A stretch of 64,000 nucleotides of DNA, from positions 17,937 through 81,936 of the forward strand of contig CAIYOW010000101.1 of assembly GCA_903927955.1 (NCBI GenBank), in the 5' to 3' direction. This document shows, piece after piece, positions 18,954 to 27,577 of the stretch. Every line of letters begins with the position of its first letter. Position 1 is the first letter of the stretch. Both the position numbers and the translations under genes were made by a program. Source of the DNA: an uncultured Methylococcaceae bacterium (GTDB taxonomy: Bacteria; Pseudomonadota; Gammaproteobacteria; Methylococcales; Methylomonadaceae). The notes under the pieces are model-generated. The model searched no databases, was not told the origin of the DNA, and was given only the letters and a program-made list of their open reading frames with translations.

Positions 18954-20951
18954 ATGTCCATAGTTCCCGCACTACCTTGTAAAATAATCGTGGGTGCAGT
19001 AGCCCTGCTGAGTCTGACAGGTGCTTCAGCAACTGCCCCGCAAGCTGCCTCATTAGCCAGTAAAACGGTGTTGGCTATCCACGCTGCGACCATAGCAACC
19101 CCACCCACATTAACAATCACTTCGTCACCTGCCATTGTGCCTTACAATGGCACTGCGACACTGATATGGAAATCAGTTAATGCCACTGCGTGCAATGCCA
19201 CGGGTGGCTGGTCTGGGACACTACCGCCATTAGGTAGCAAAGTCGTCAGCAATTTGACAAAATCCACAACCTTTACGCTGGCCTGTTCAGGTGCCGGAGG
19301 CGTAGCGACACAAACGCTTACCGTCAATGTGACTCCCCAAAACATACCACCCGTTAATGCCAGCACCCGCTTAGGTGTCAATATTAATGGCGTATGCGAC
19401 TGGTGCAATGACTTCACCTTTGTCGACATCATGAAGAGTGCCCGTGGTTTTGCCAAATCAAACGTAGCTTGGGACCCTGCGGGCAACCCAGTCACGGTGG
19501 ATAGCAATGGCTGGCCGACCCAAGATTTTGGCGTGTATTTCACCACCTTTGCGTCAGACCCATTAGGTCGCCCGCTAACGCAAACAAACCCAAGCTTTTT
19601 CGGGACTTATACGCTCAGCTTCACCGGTCAAGCAAAACTGTTCTCAAACGGCTGCAATTATTTCACCAACCAAACCTATACAGCTAATACGAACACCACC
19701 ACCGCGCAACTGGTGGTGGGCAGCAACTGCAACTCGTTAGATATTGAGTTCAACGAAACCCAGCGCACTGCCAGCAGTGGTGTCAATACTGGCCTGCAAA
19801 ACATCCAATTGTTACGCCCCGGTTACGCGTTAGGCACGTCGCAAGTATTCACCACCCAGTTCCTGAATGCGTTGGCACCGTTCAGCACACTGCGCTTTAT
19901 GGACTTCCTACAAACCAATGGCAACACGGTGACCAGTTGGGCGGGCAGGACTTTGCCCACATCGCCCATCCAGCACACTGGTGGCGGTGTGGCTTGGGAA
20001 TACGTCATCCAACTGGCCAACCAAAGCGGCAAGGATATTTGGATCAATATTCCGGAAGGCGTGGATTTGACCGACCCGACCAGCAACAACTATATAACCC
20101 AGTTGGCTAACTTGTTAAAAGCCAATTTGAATCCTAATATCCATGTCTACGTTGAATACAGCAACGAGCTTTGGAATACCATGTTTAAACAGACCAGTGA
20201 CAATTTCAACCATGCGCAACAAGAAGTCAGCTCCGGTGCCGATAAAACCTTAAACTATGACAACATCAACAACCCCTACTACTGGGGCTACCGCCGCATT
20301 GCCCACCAAACCTTGAAGATTAGCCAGTTGTTTGCGGCGGTGTATGGGCCGGCCGCTATCAACACCACTATCAGACCGGTATACATGAACCAATATGTAC
20401 AACCTTATTTAGCTGAAAACGGCTTGCATTACTTGCAAGTAAACTTTGGCAATCCAAACCAATACCTCTACGCAGTAGGAAGTGCGCCTTATTATTCCCT
20501 GCCACTGGCTTACACAGATATCGATAGCATGTTCGTGTCTTTGCTGGCCGGGGCCAATCAAGTGGTAAGCGGCTTTTCAGGCTATCCTGCTTATAATGGT
20601 GTCTACCCGCTGTATACCGGCGTTACTTACCAGAGCCTCGCCAATTATTTTGGCATCAAAAACGTCAGCTATGAAGGCGGGCCGGATGTCGGTCGTGGCA
20701 CAAGTGCCGTTATTGATGAACAGGCCAATGATGATGTAAGGATGAAGAATATGTTGCAGAATTATTTGACGGATGCTGTTGGCTGTGGCAACAGCCTAGT
20801 CATGATCTTTAAGCTGCAAGGCAACACACGCGACCCCTTTGCCCTCTACCGTGATTTTGCGGTGCCAACACAAAAAATTGCGGCCATTAAAGCAATATCA
20901 ACTACTCCGCTTGCCAATCTTACGGCCTGTTCGCCATCCATCACTGACTAA
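18954..20951 (+). CDS. Secreted protein: Ig-like domain plus putative clan GH-A-like TIM-barrel glycoside hydrolase
   Basis: Signal peptide (IIVGAVALLSLTGASA), Thr-rich linker, Ig-like segment (W.S.NA..C.A.G.WSG...TFTLACSGAGG), then GVNING..DW, PFSTLRFMDF, VYVEYSNELWN and YEGG. Confidence 0.65.
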   Translation: MSIVPALPCKIIVGAVALLSLTGASATAPQAASLASKTVLAIHAATIATPPTLTITSSPAIVPYNGTATLIWKSVNATACNATGGWSGTLPPLGSKVVSNLTKSTTFTLACSGAGGVATQTLTVNVTPQNIPPVNASTRLGVNINGVCDWCNDFTFVDIMKSARGFAKSNVAWDPAGNPVTVDSNGWPTQDFGVYFTTFASDPLGRPLTQTNPSFFGTYTLSFTGQAKLFSNGCNYFTNQTYTANTNTTTAQLVVGSNCNSLDIEFNETQRTASSGVNTGLQNIQLLRPGYALGTSQVFTTQFLNALAPFSTLRFMDFLQTNGNTVTSWAGRTLPTSPIQHTGGGVAWEYVIQLANQSGKDIWINIPEGVDLTDPTSNNYITQLANLLKANLNPNIHVYVEYSNELWNTMFKQTSDNFNHAQQEVSSGADKTLNYDNINNPYYWGYRRIAHQTLKISQLFAAVYGPAAINTTIRPVYMNQYVQPYLAENGLHYLQVNFGNPNQYLYAVGSAPYYSLPLAYTDIDSMFVSLLAGANQVVSGFSGYPAYNGVYPLYTGVTYQSLANYFGIKNVSYEGGPDVGRGTSAVIDEQANDDVRMKNMLQNYLTDAVGCGNSLVMIFKLQGNTRDPFALYRDFAVPTQKIAAIKAISTTPLANLTACSPSITD

Positions 20952-20959
20952 TGCAGCGC

Positions 20960-20988
20960 GGCAGCCAAACTATGTCCGTTTGGCTGCC
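20960..20988. terminator. Hairpin between convergent genes
   Basis: GGCAGCCAAAC-tatgtcc-GTTTGGCTGCC, perfect 11-bp stem. Confidence 0.65.
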
Positions 20989-21021
20989 CGTTAACTGGCA
21001 TTTTACCCACTCAACTGCTAA

Positions 21022-22173
21022 TTATATGGTTTGTAGAATAATTTGCATGCCATAAAGGGGGCGGTTGTGTGCTTTTGATACACACTCAACCCCGTCACCG
21101 ACAATCACCAAACCGTAAGCATGGTCGAAAGCACCAATAACCTTCAGTTGATAATGCTGCCTAAGTTGTGAATTTAGACGCACGGCAAAACCTGTCAACC
21201 TTTTTCCTTTGCCCCTCATGCCAAGCAAATTATTACAGGTGACCCAGCCGCTCCATTCACCATCATAGAACCTCGCCTTATATTCCAGTGAATCCTTTAT
21301 CTCACCATCATCGCAATTGACTACAAACTCTTGTATATAGCGTCCGCTTTTACCGTCCGTTATGATAGATGGTATCGTTTTATTGGCAACATCACCTATG
21401 CTGCCTATATGAACGGACAATCCTAGGTTGCCAATATTGACATAATCATCAATAAAAATTATAGGTGATCTCATCCGATTGGCATTGGCTGCATTCTCCA
21501 GCCTTGATGGCAAAATATTGCTTTTTTCGGTGTTTAAATCCTTATCTATAAAAATCAAATTATGGTAAAAATGCACGCCAATGGTATGCATCTCCAGATA
21601 ATTAGGTTTTTTTGCTATGGGTATTTCTGCGTAATTTATCCAATCGGGTATGTTTTTGAAATACGAATAAGTTGGGTTTTCAGGGTTGTATGCCTTTTGC
21701 CCATTTAAATCATAACCATCCCAGTAACTGGTCTGGGTATCTTCAATCACATACAGCCCACCATCTTTTACTTTTTTATATAAATGACCAAATGTCTCTA
21801 GTACATGCTCCGGCCTATGGCTACCATCATCAATCACTATGTCAAAATCCCCATAGAGCTTATGAATTTCTTCCAAAAACACCTTATCAACTTGACTGCC
21901 TTTATAGATTGTTACCCTAGAGTCATCAAACTGCATTAGCTTATCGTAAACATCAATGCCAATAATCTTGGTGTCAGGATGGGTAAACCATTCCGACCAT
22001 ACCCTGAGGCTATTGCCTCCGCGATAAGGGTCAGTGTATCCGCCCACCCCTATCTCCACTAGAACAATAGGCTTGTCTTTATAACAGGAAAAATGCCTTT
22101 CGTAATGGGGTGTGTAATAGTGCCCACCCCATTTGTCTGTTTGATGTTTTATTGAAAGTTCGGTAAGGTTCAT
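21022..22173 (-). CDS. MycE/OleY-type SAM- and metal-dependent sugar O-methyltransferase with C-terminal hydrophobic-W-like domain (paralog 1)
   Basis: TDKWG.H.YTPHYERHF, EIGVGGY..P..GGNSLR.W, FDIVIDDGSH, GGLYVIEDTQTSYW; C-terminal HIGSIGDV...EWSGWV...G.RGKG.RLTGFAVRL. Confidence 0.8.
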   Translation of the reverse strand: MNLTELSIKHQTDKWGGHYYTPHYERHFSCYKDKPIVLVEIGVGGYTDPYRGGNSLRVWSEWFTHPDTKIIGIDVYDKLMQFDDSRVTIYKGSQVDKVFLEEIHKLYGDFDIVIDDGSHRPEHVLETFGHLYKKVKDGGLYVIEDTQTSYWDGYDLNGQKAYNPENPTYSYFKNIPDWINYAEIPIAKKPNYLEMHTIGVHFYHNLIFIDKDLNTEKSNILPSRLENAANANRMRSPIIFIDDYVNIGNLGLSVHIGSIGDVANKTIPSIITDGKSGRYIQEFVVNCDDGEIKDSLEYKARFYDGEWSGWVTCNNLLGMRGKGKRLTGFAVRLNSQLRQHYQLKVIGAFDHAYGLVIVGDGVECVSKAHNRPLYGMQIILQTI

Positions 22174-22374
22174 AGTATTGTTCCGTACAAAAAGTTAAGC
22201 ACCCCCCACCTGGCCTAAGTTAGGAAAAACTAAAATATAAGTGCCTAGATACGGCTATTCACTTACAAATTAAATACAGCTAAATGGCATGGGGAAACGC
22301 TTATAGGCTAACCAGCTAAAGATGGAAATTGAAAGCTTCGATATTATGCAACAGCATTTAAAGTTAATTTCTTA

Positions 22375-23526
22375 TTAAATAGGCTGAAAAATAATTTGTA
22401 TGCCATAAATTGAATTATTCAATGTGTTAGCAATACAATCTTTCCCATCACCGACAATAATAAAACCCTCTGTATTTTCAAATGCACCTATCACCATCAA
22501 TTTATACTTGGCTTTTAAGTTTTCACTTAAGCGTACCGAAAAACCAGTCAAACCCTTTCCACTTCCGCGTGTCCCAACAAAATTATTGCAGGTGACCCAA
22601 TCACTCCAGCTGCCAGTATGGTTGCGCGCCCTATATTCTATGGCATCCTTAATCGTACTATCGACGCTTGAAAATATAAAGCCCTGTATGAAATATGGTC
22701 TTTTTCCATCCGTCATTATTGATGGCATGTTTTCATTAGCCACGTCACCGATACCGCCTATATGCGTTGTCAATCCGAAGTTGCCAATATTGACACACTC
22801 ATCAATAACAATAATGGGCGTTTTCATCCGCTCAGCTGTTTCTGCTTTATCCAGCCTTGAAGGTATACCATTGCTTCTTTCGGTGTTAAAGTCCTTATCT
22901 ATAAGAATTAAATTATGGTAAAAATGTACGCCAACAGTATGCATTTCTAAATAATTAGGTTTTTCTGCTATGGGTATTTCTGAGTAATTTATCCAATCGG
23001 GTATATTCTTGAAGTAGGCATAAGTGGGGTTTTCTGGGTTATATGCCCTTTTACCATTAGAATCTAAACCATCCCAATAACTAGTCTGGGTGTCTTCAAT
23101 CACATACATCCCGCCGTCTTTTACTTTAGAAAATAAAATACCAAATGTTTCAATAACATGTTCAGGTCTATGGCTTCCGTCATCCAATACGATATCAAAA
23201 TCGCCATATAACTTATGGATTCCTTCTAAAAATTCCTGATCAATCTGATTTCCCTGATAGACCTTGACTCTAGGGTCGTCAAAATGCATCAATTTTTCGT
23301 AAATATCAATACCAATAATTACCGTGTCAGGATGGGTGAACCATTCCGACCATACTCTAAGACTATTTCCGCCAAGATAAGCGTCGGCGTTGCCACCTAT
23401 GCCGATTTCCACCAGGATAATAGGTTTATCTTTATATACGGAAAAATGTCTTTCATAATGCGGTGTGTAAAAATGAACCCCCCATTTGTCTGTTTTATGT
23501 TTTATAGAAAGTTCTGTAAGGTTCAT
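22375..23526 (-). CDS. MycE/OleY-type sugar O-methyltransferase with C-terminal hydrophobic-W-like domain (paralog 2; start at ATG 23526)
   Basis: Colinear 383-aa paralog of 21022-22173 with the same MNLTELSIKH start; GGAG RBS upstream of 23526. Confidence 0.8.
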   Translation of the reverse strand: MNLTELSIKHKTDKWGVHFYTPHYERHFSVYKDKPIILVEIGIGGNADAYLGGNSLRVWSEWFTHPDTVIIGIDIYEKLMHFDDPRVKVYQGNQIDQEFLEGIHKLYGDFDIVLDDGSHRPEHVIETFGILFSKVKDGGMYVIEDTQTSYWDGLDSNGKRAYNPENPTYAYFKNIPDWINYSEIPIAEKPNYLEMHTVGVHFYHNLILIDKDFNTERSNGIPSRLDKAETAERMKTPIIVIDECVNIGNFGLTTHIGGIGDVANENMPSIMTDGKRPYFIQGFIFSSVDSTIKDAIEYRARNHTGSWSDWVTCNNFVGTRGSGKGLTGFSVRLSENLKAKYKLMVIGAFENTEGFIIVGDGKDCIANTLNNSIYGIQIIFQPI

Positions 23527-23832
23527 AAAATTAACTCCAAAGATTGTTGACAATGATATTACTGACTAAAAATAAATAGTACCGATACGCTTATGACATT
23601 AATTTATATAATCAAAGTCGTATAATAAAAATCGACTGTTAAGTACATATCCATAAATTATCAGGCATTTCCATGTCTCTGCTAGAGACTTGATACGTCT
23701 AAAAATAATTAAAAAACAGATTATTAGGTTTTTTAGAGATACCTGTTTAGTTTTGGATAAGTACTTAATAGCAAACACATGACACTGTGTTTTCCAGTTA
23801 AAAATGGTAAAAAAACCAGCGAGATTATATCA

Positions 23833-24219
23833 TCAGCCCTCATTTTTAGGCTGGGAGACCTGAAAATACAAACACCGACCCAAATATTTTTGCCCATCCG
23901 CTTCCCCAGACAGTTGTTCGATGCTAAATGTACCCAACACAGGCAGCAGCACCGCGCCTTCTTGCAATTCCTCGAGCGCGCGATTTAATTCTAAAAAAAA
24001 AGCCCTGGCAATCACCAAAGCCCGCGGATCCGCAACATCGCCGAATGTTTTTGCATTGTTGCGCTTTGCCCGTTCCATAAGTTGTGGTAAAGATATCACT
24101 TTTGCGGGCAAGGCTGTGGATGCCCGCACTACTGCGGGTTGGGCGGGTGGAGCTGGGCAGGCAACCTGTTCAGCCTTTGCGGCCAACTTTTTTAACATGC
24201 GAGGTGATTTTTTTGCCAT
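23833..24219 (-). CDS. Small basic hypothetical protein, possibly a divergent HU/IHF-like fold with Lys/Ala/Pro-rich N-terminus
   Basis: GGGAG RBS; LNRALEELQEGAVLLPVLGTFSIEQ resembles the HU pattern I..AL..G..V.L.GFGTF.V. Confidence 0.55.
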   Translation of the reverse strand: MAKKSPRMLKKLAAKAEQVACPAPPAQPAVVRASTALPAKVISLPQLMERAKRNNAKTFGDVADPRALVIARAFFLELNRALEELQEGAVLLPVLGTFSIEQLSGEADGQKYLGRCLYFQVSQPKNEG

Positions 24220-24361
24220 TTCTTCTTCTATGCTCCCTGTAAAGTAATAATAGTAGTGATTGAAATTTAAGTTGTATAGGATGTTACGCTAATTGGCGAT
24301 AAGTGGTTATGCCATGCATGGCAACAAAATCGAATGCTCAATTAAAGGGCGGCAGCCTTCA

Positions 24362-24910
24362 TCAACGCGTTTCCAAATGTGCCAAAACCATGTACAAAGC
24401 CGCAATTGATCTGGCTTCGCTACACTCACCCGTAGCTAACAAGCCGCTAATGTCAGCCAAAGGCCACGGGATGACTTCCAATGCCTCTGGCTCGTCTCCC
24501 GGCAATTTTTCAGTATAAAGGTCTTCTGCAAGGATAACTTCGGTCACATGCTCCAAATAGGCGGGTGCGAGGGAAAACGTATAGAGATGGCTTAGGTTTT
24601 TGGCACCAAACCCCACCTCTTCCTTAAGCTCCCGGTTGGCGGCCTCCAGAAATGATTCGCCCGCATCCACCTTACCCTTGGGCAAACCCAGCTCATAACG
24701 ATGTACGCCAGCACAATATTCGCGGATCAGCAGTACGGTTTGCGCATCGAGTAGCGGTACAATTAATACCGCACCACTGGAGCCGCTCCGTGACAAACGC
24801 TCATAATTGCGCTGTTCACCATTGCTAAATTGGATATCCAGTGATTCAATCCGGAACAAACGGCTTTGGGCCGTTAATGTTTTATGTAAAATCGTCGGTT
24901 TTTCAGCCAT
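24362..24910 (-). CDS. nudE: ADP compounds hydrolase NudE
   Basis: SRLFRIESLDIQFSNGEQRNYERL, Nudix box GKVDAGESFLEAANRELKEEVGFG, EARSIAAL. Confidence 0.93.
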   Translation of the reverse strand: MAEKPTILHKTLTAQSRLFRIESLDIQFSNGEQRNYERLSRSGSSGAVLIVPLLDAQTVLLIREYCAGVHRYELGLPKGKVDAGESFLEAANRELKEEVGFGAKNLSHLYTFSLAPAYLEHVTEVILAEDLYTEKLPGDEPEALEVIPWPLADISGLLATGECSEARSIAALYMVLAHLETR

Positions 24911-24952
24911 AATTCACCTTGCGTACATTCACCGGAAATATAACCCACTCTT

Positions 24953-25610
24953 ATGGTTAATTGGAAGTTAATTGACACCGTACTGCTCGATATGGACGGC
25001 ACTTTATTGGATTTAAATTTTGACAACCATTTTTTGGAAGGACTATGTGCCACAAAAATATGCCGCCCGCCACGGCCTGTCCTTAGCGGATGCCAAGCAA
25101 CAGCTGATTCCCCGCTTTAAGTCCTTGGAAGGGCGGATAGAATGGTATTGCTTGGATTATTGGAGCAAAGAGCTGGAACTGGATATTTTGGGCCTGAAAG
25201 CGGAAATTGCCGGTTTGATTGCGGTGCTGCCCCATGCGGTCGATTTTCTGGAAAAAATCGGTACTGCACGACAAAAAGTTTACTTAGTGACCAACGCCCA
25301 TAGGGGCAGCCTGGATTTGAAGATGTCCAAAACCTGTCTGGGTGTTTTTTTTGACGGCATTATCAGCTCGCATGATTATGGCTTACCCAAAGAAAACCCC
25401 ATATTTTGGGAAAGGCTAATTAAAAAACAACCCTTTGACAAAGACCGGACACTATTGGTGGATGACAATCTAACCGTGCTGGCGGCCGCCCAACAATTCG
25501 GCATTGCCCACTTGCTTTCGGTCAGCAAACCCGATTCAGGTTTGCCCATAAGGGATATTGTCCATTTCCCTGCCATTGAAGATTTTAGGGCGCTGATGGA
25601 CGGGCTTTAG
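24953..25610 (+). pseudogene. yrfG: GMP/IMP nucleotidase YrfG (HAD), interrupted by a +1 frameshift in a T6 run at 25030-25035
   Basis: ATG 24953 gives MVNWKLIDTVLLDMDGTLLDLNFDNH (HAD motif I), then runs out of frame. Removing one T joins it to FWKDYVPQ...WYCLDYW...LVTNAH...PKE...VDD, giving 218 aa. Confidence 0.85.
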
Positions 25611-26967
25611 GTTTTCGGCCACCCGACATTAGGCCATTCTTTTTGCTGGTAGGCCGTGATGGCGCGGGCAAGACCACTTCCGCCAACAACGTTTTCAGCA
25701 AGGGTTTAACAGATATCTTTTCGCCAATATAGTCCTCAATATCGGGCATTGAATAGGCGTATTGTTCGCAAACAAAACTGATGGCCTCACCACTTGCCCC
25801 AAAGCGGGCGGTACGGCCTATACGATGCACATAGTCCTCCACATCTTGCGGCAAATCATAATTGAACACATGGGAGACATCGGCAATATGCAGCCCTCTG
25901 GCGGCGACATCGGTGGCAATCAACAAATTGACACGGTTCTCCTGAAAATCATTAAGCAATCGCTGCCGCTTGTCCTGTGGCACATCACCGCTCAACGCGG
26001 CGACCATAAAACCATTGGCCTTAAGTGTGCTATCCAACAATTCGGCACAACGTTTGGTGTTGACAAATATAATGCTGCGGGGTGGGTTATATTCCCTCAA
26101 TAACCCGACCAAAAGCGGAATTTTCTGCTCGTTGGACGGGCAAAAGGCACTTTGCCGGATAGCTTTTGCCGTCACTTGTTCGGTTTCAATACGGATGAAC
26201 ACAGGGTTGTGCATGTGTTCGTAGGCCAACTCAGTCACTTTATAAGACAGCGTGGCGGAAAACAGCATATTCAGGCGCAGTTCCGGCTTTGGCATTTGCC
26301 TCAACAAGTAACGGATATCCTTTATAAAGCCCAAATCAAACATGCGGTCAGCCTCATCCATCACGGTCACTTGGATATTGCTGAGGCTGAAGGCCTTTTG
26401 TTTGTAAAAATCAATGATACGCCCGGGTGTGCCGATGATGATGTCAACATCGGATTTTATTTTTTCCAGTTGTTTTTGGTAATCTGTGCCACCATAAACC
26501 AGCGCGAATTTAAAATCCAAATATTTGCCCAGCTGCAACGCGTCCTTATGGATTTGTATGGCCAATTCGCGGGTAGGTGCGATAATAATGGCGCGGGGAT
26601 GCTTGCTTTTCGGCGTGTCTGGTGCAACACTTATGTCAACATCAATCGGCGCAACAGACAGTTCCCCATCGGTCATCTGCGCTAGCTGGCCCCAACCGAC
26701 AATCCCGTCATCTTCGTCTAGATCATCGACTGGTTCTTGCCAATCATCGTTGAGCAAGCACTGAAAGGTGGCCAGCAGAAAAGCGGCCGTTTTGCCGGTC
26801 CCTGTTTGTGCCTGACCGGCAATATCCTTGCCGCGTAACGAGAGGGGTAGAGCTTTGTCTTGAATGGGTGTGCATTGTTTAAACCCTGCCTCTTGCAAAC
26901 CGCACAGGATACGGTCAGACAATTCAAGGTTACTGAAGCGGGTTTCGGTGAGATGTGTATTATTCAT
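25585..26967 (-). CDS. rhlB: ATP-dependent RNA helicase RhlB (DEAD box)
   Basis: HLTETRFSNL, CTPIQ, AQTGTGKT, PTRELAIQ, DEADRMFDLGF, LSGDVPQDKR, HRIGRTARFG. Confidence 0.93.
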   Translation of the reverse strand: MNNTHLTETRFSNLELSDRILCGLQEAGFKQCTPIQDKALPLSLRGKDIAGQAQTGTGKTAAFLLATFQCLLNDDWQEPVDDLDEDDGIVGWGQLAQMTDGELSVAPIDVDISVAPDTPKSKHPRAIIIAPTRELAIQIHKDALQLGKYLDFKFALVYGGTDYQKQLEKIKSDVDIIIGTPGRIIDFYKQKAFSLSNIQVTVMDEADRMFDLGFIKDIRYLLRQMPKPELRLNMLFSATLSYKVTELAYEHMHNPVFIRIETEQVTAKAIRQSAFCPSNEQKIPLLVGLLREYNPPRSIIFVNTKRCAELLDSTLKANGFMVAALSGDVPQDKRQRLLNDFQENRVNLLIATDVAARGLHIADVSHVFNYDLPQDVEDYVHRIGRTARFGASGEAISFVCEQYAYSMPDIEDYIGEKISVKPLLKTLLAEVVLPAPSRPTSKKNGLMSGGRKPKARPSAP

Positions 26968-27065
26968 GGGCTATAGGATAACGCAAAATTCAATGCGATT
27001 GAAATTGATTGACTACGCACGCCTTCCACCCTATAGTTTGATCTTTTATTTTTTGGAGAAAAAAT

Positions 27066-27392
27066 GTGAGCGATTCGGTTCTTCATGTTACTGACAGTGA
27101 ATTCAATGAAACAGTTTTACAAGCAACTGGCCCCGTGTTAGTTGATTACTGGGCGGAATGGTGCGGCCCCTGCAAAATGATCGCCCCTGTGCTCGATGCC
27201 ATAGCAGAAGAGTACAAAGGTAGGCTGACCGTTGTAAAACTTAATATTGACGATAACCCGCAAGCCCCGCAACACTATGGCGTACGCGGCATACCCACGC
27301 TGATGCTGTTCAAGGATGGCGATGTGGAAGCCACTAAAGTAGGTGCATTAACCAAATCTGAGCTGGTCAAATTTTTGGACAGCAATATCTAA
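27066..27392 (+). CDS. trxA: Thioredoxin 1
   Basis: [17 protein letters not shown]; GTG start with GGAG RBS; conserved rhlB<>trxA-rho arrangement. Confidence 0.98.
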   Translation: MSDSVLHVTDSEFNETVLQATGPVLVDYWAEWCGPCKMIAPVLDAIAEEYKGRLTVVKLNIDDNPQAPQHYGVRGIPTLMLFKDGDVEATKVGALTKSELVKFLDSNI

Positions 27393-27425
27393 CCGCATAC
27401 CGCTACCCCGTCTCACCGTAAAATG

Positions 27426-27577
27426 ATGGACGGGGCTAGAAAGCTAGGGTATAATCTCTAGCTGCCGAAGTCTTGGCACTCATTTCAAATCATCCGTACA
27501 CACCCCTTAACCCCTTATACCTCACCCATGCCATTTACGGTGTCTTACCGTAACTGTTGGCCTTCAAATTGCCTTTT
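27426..27577 (+). promoter_or_regulatory. Probable sigma70 promoter and C-rich rut-like leader of rho
   Basis: TGGACG (27426-31) - 18 bp - TATAAT (27450-55); 27481-27530 contains 21 C and 2 G in 50 nt. Confidence 0.55.
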
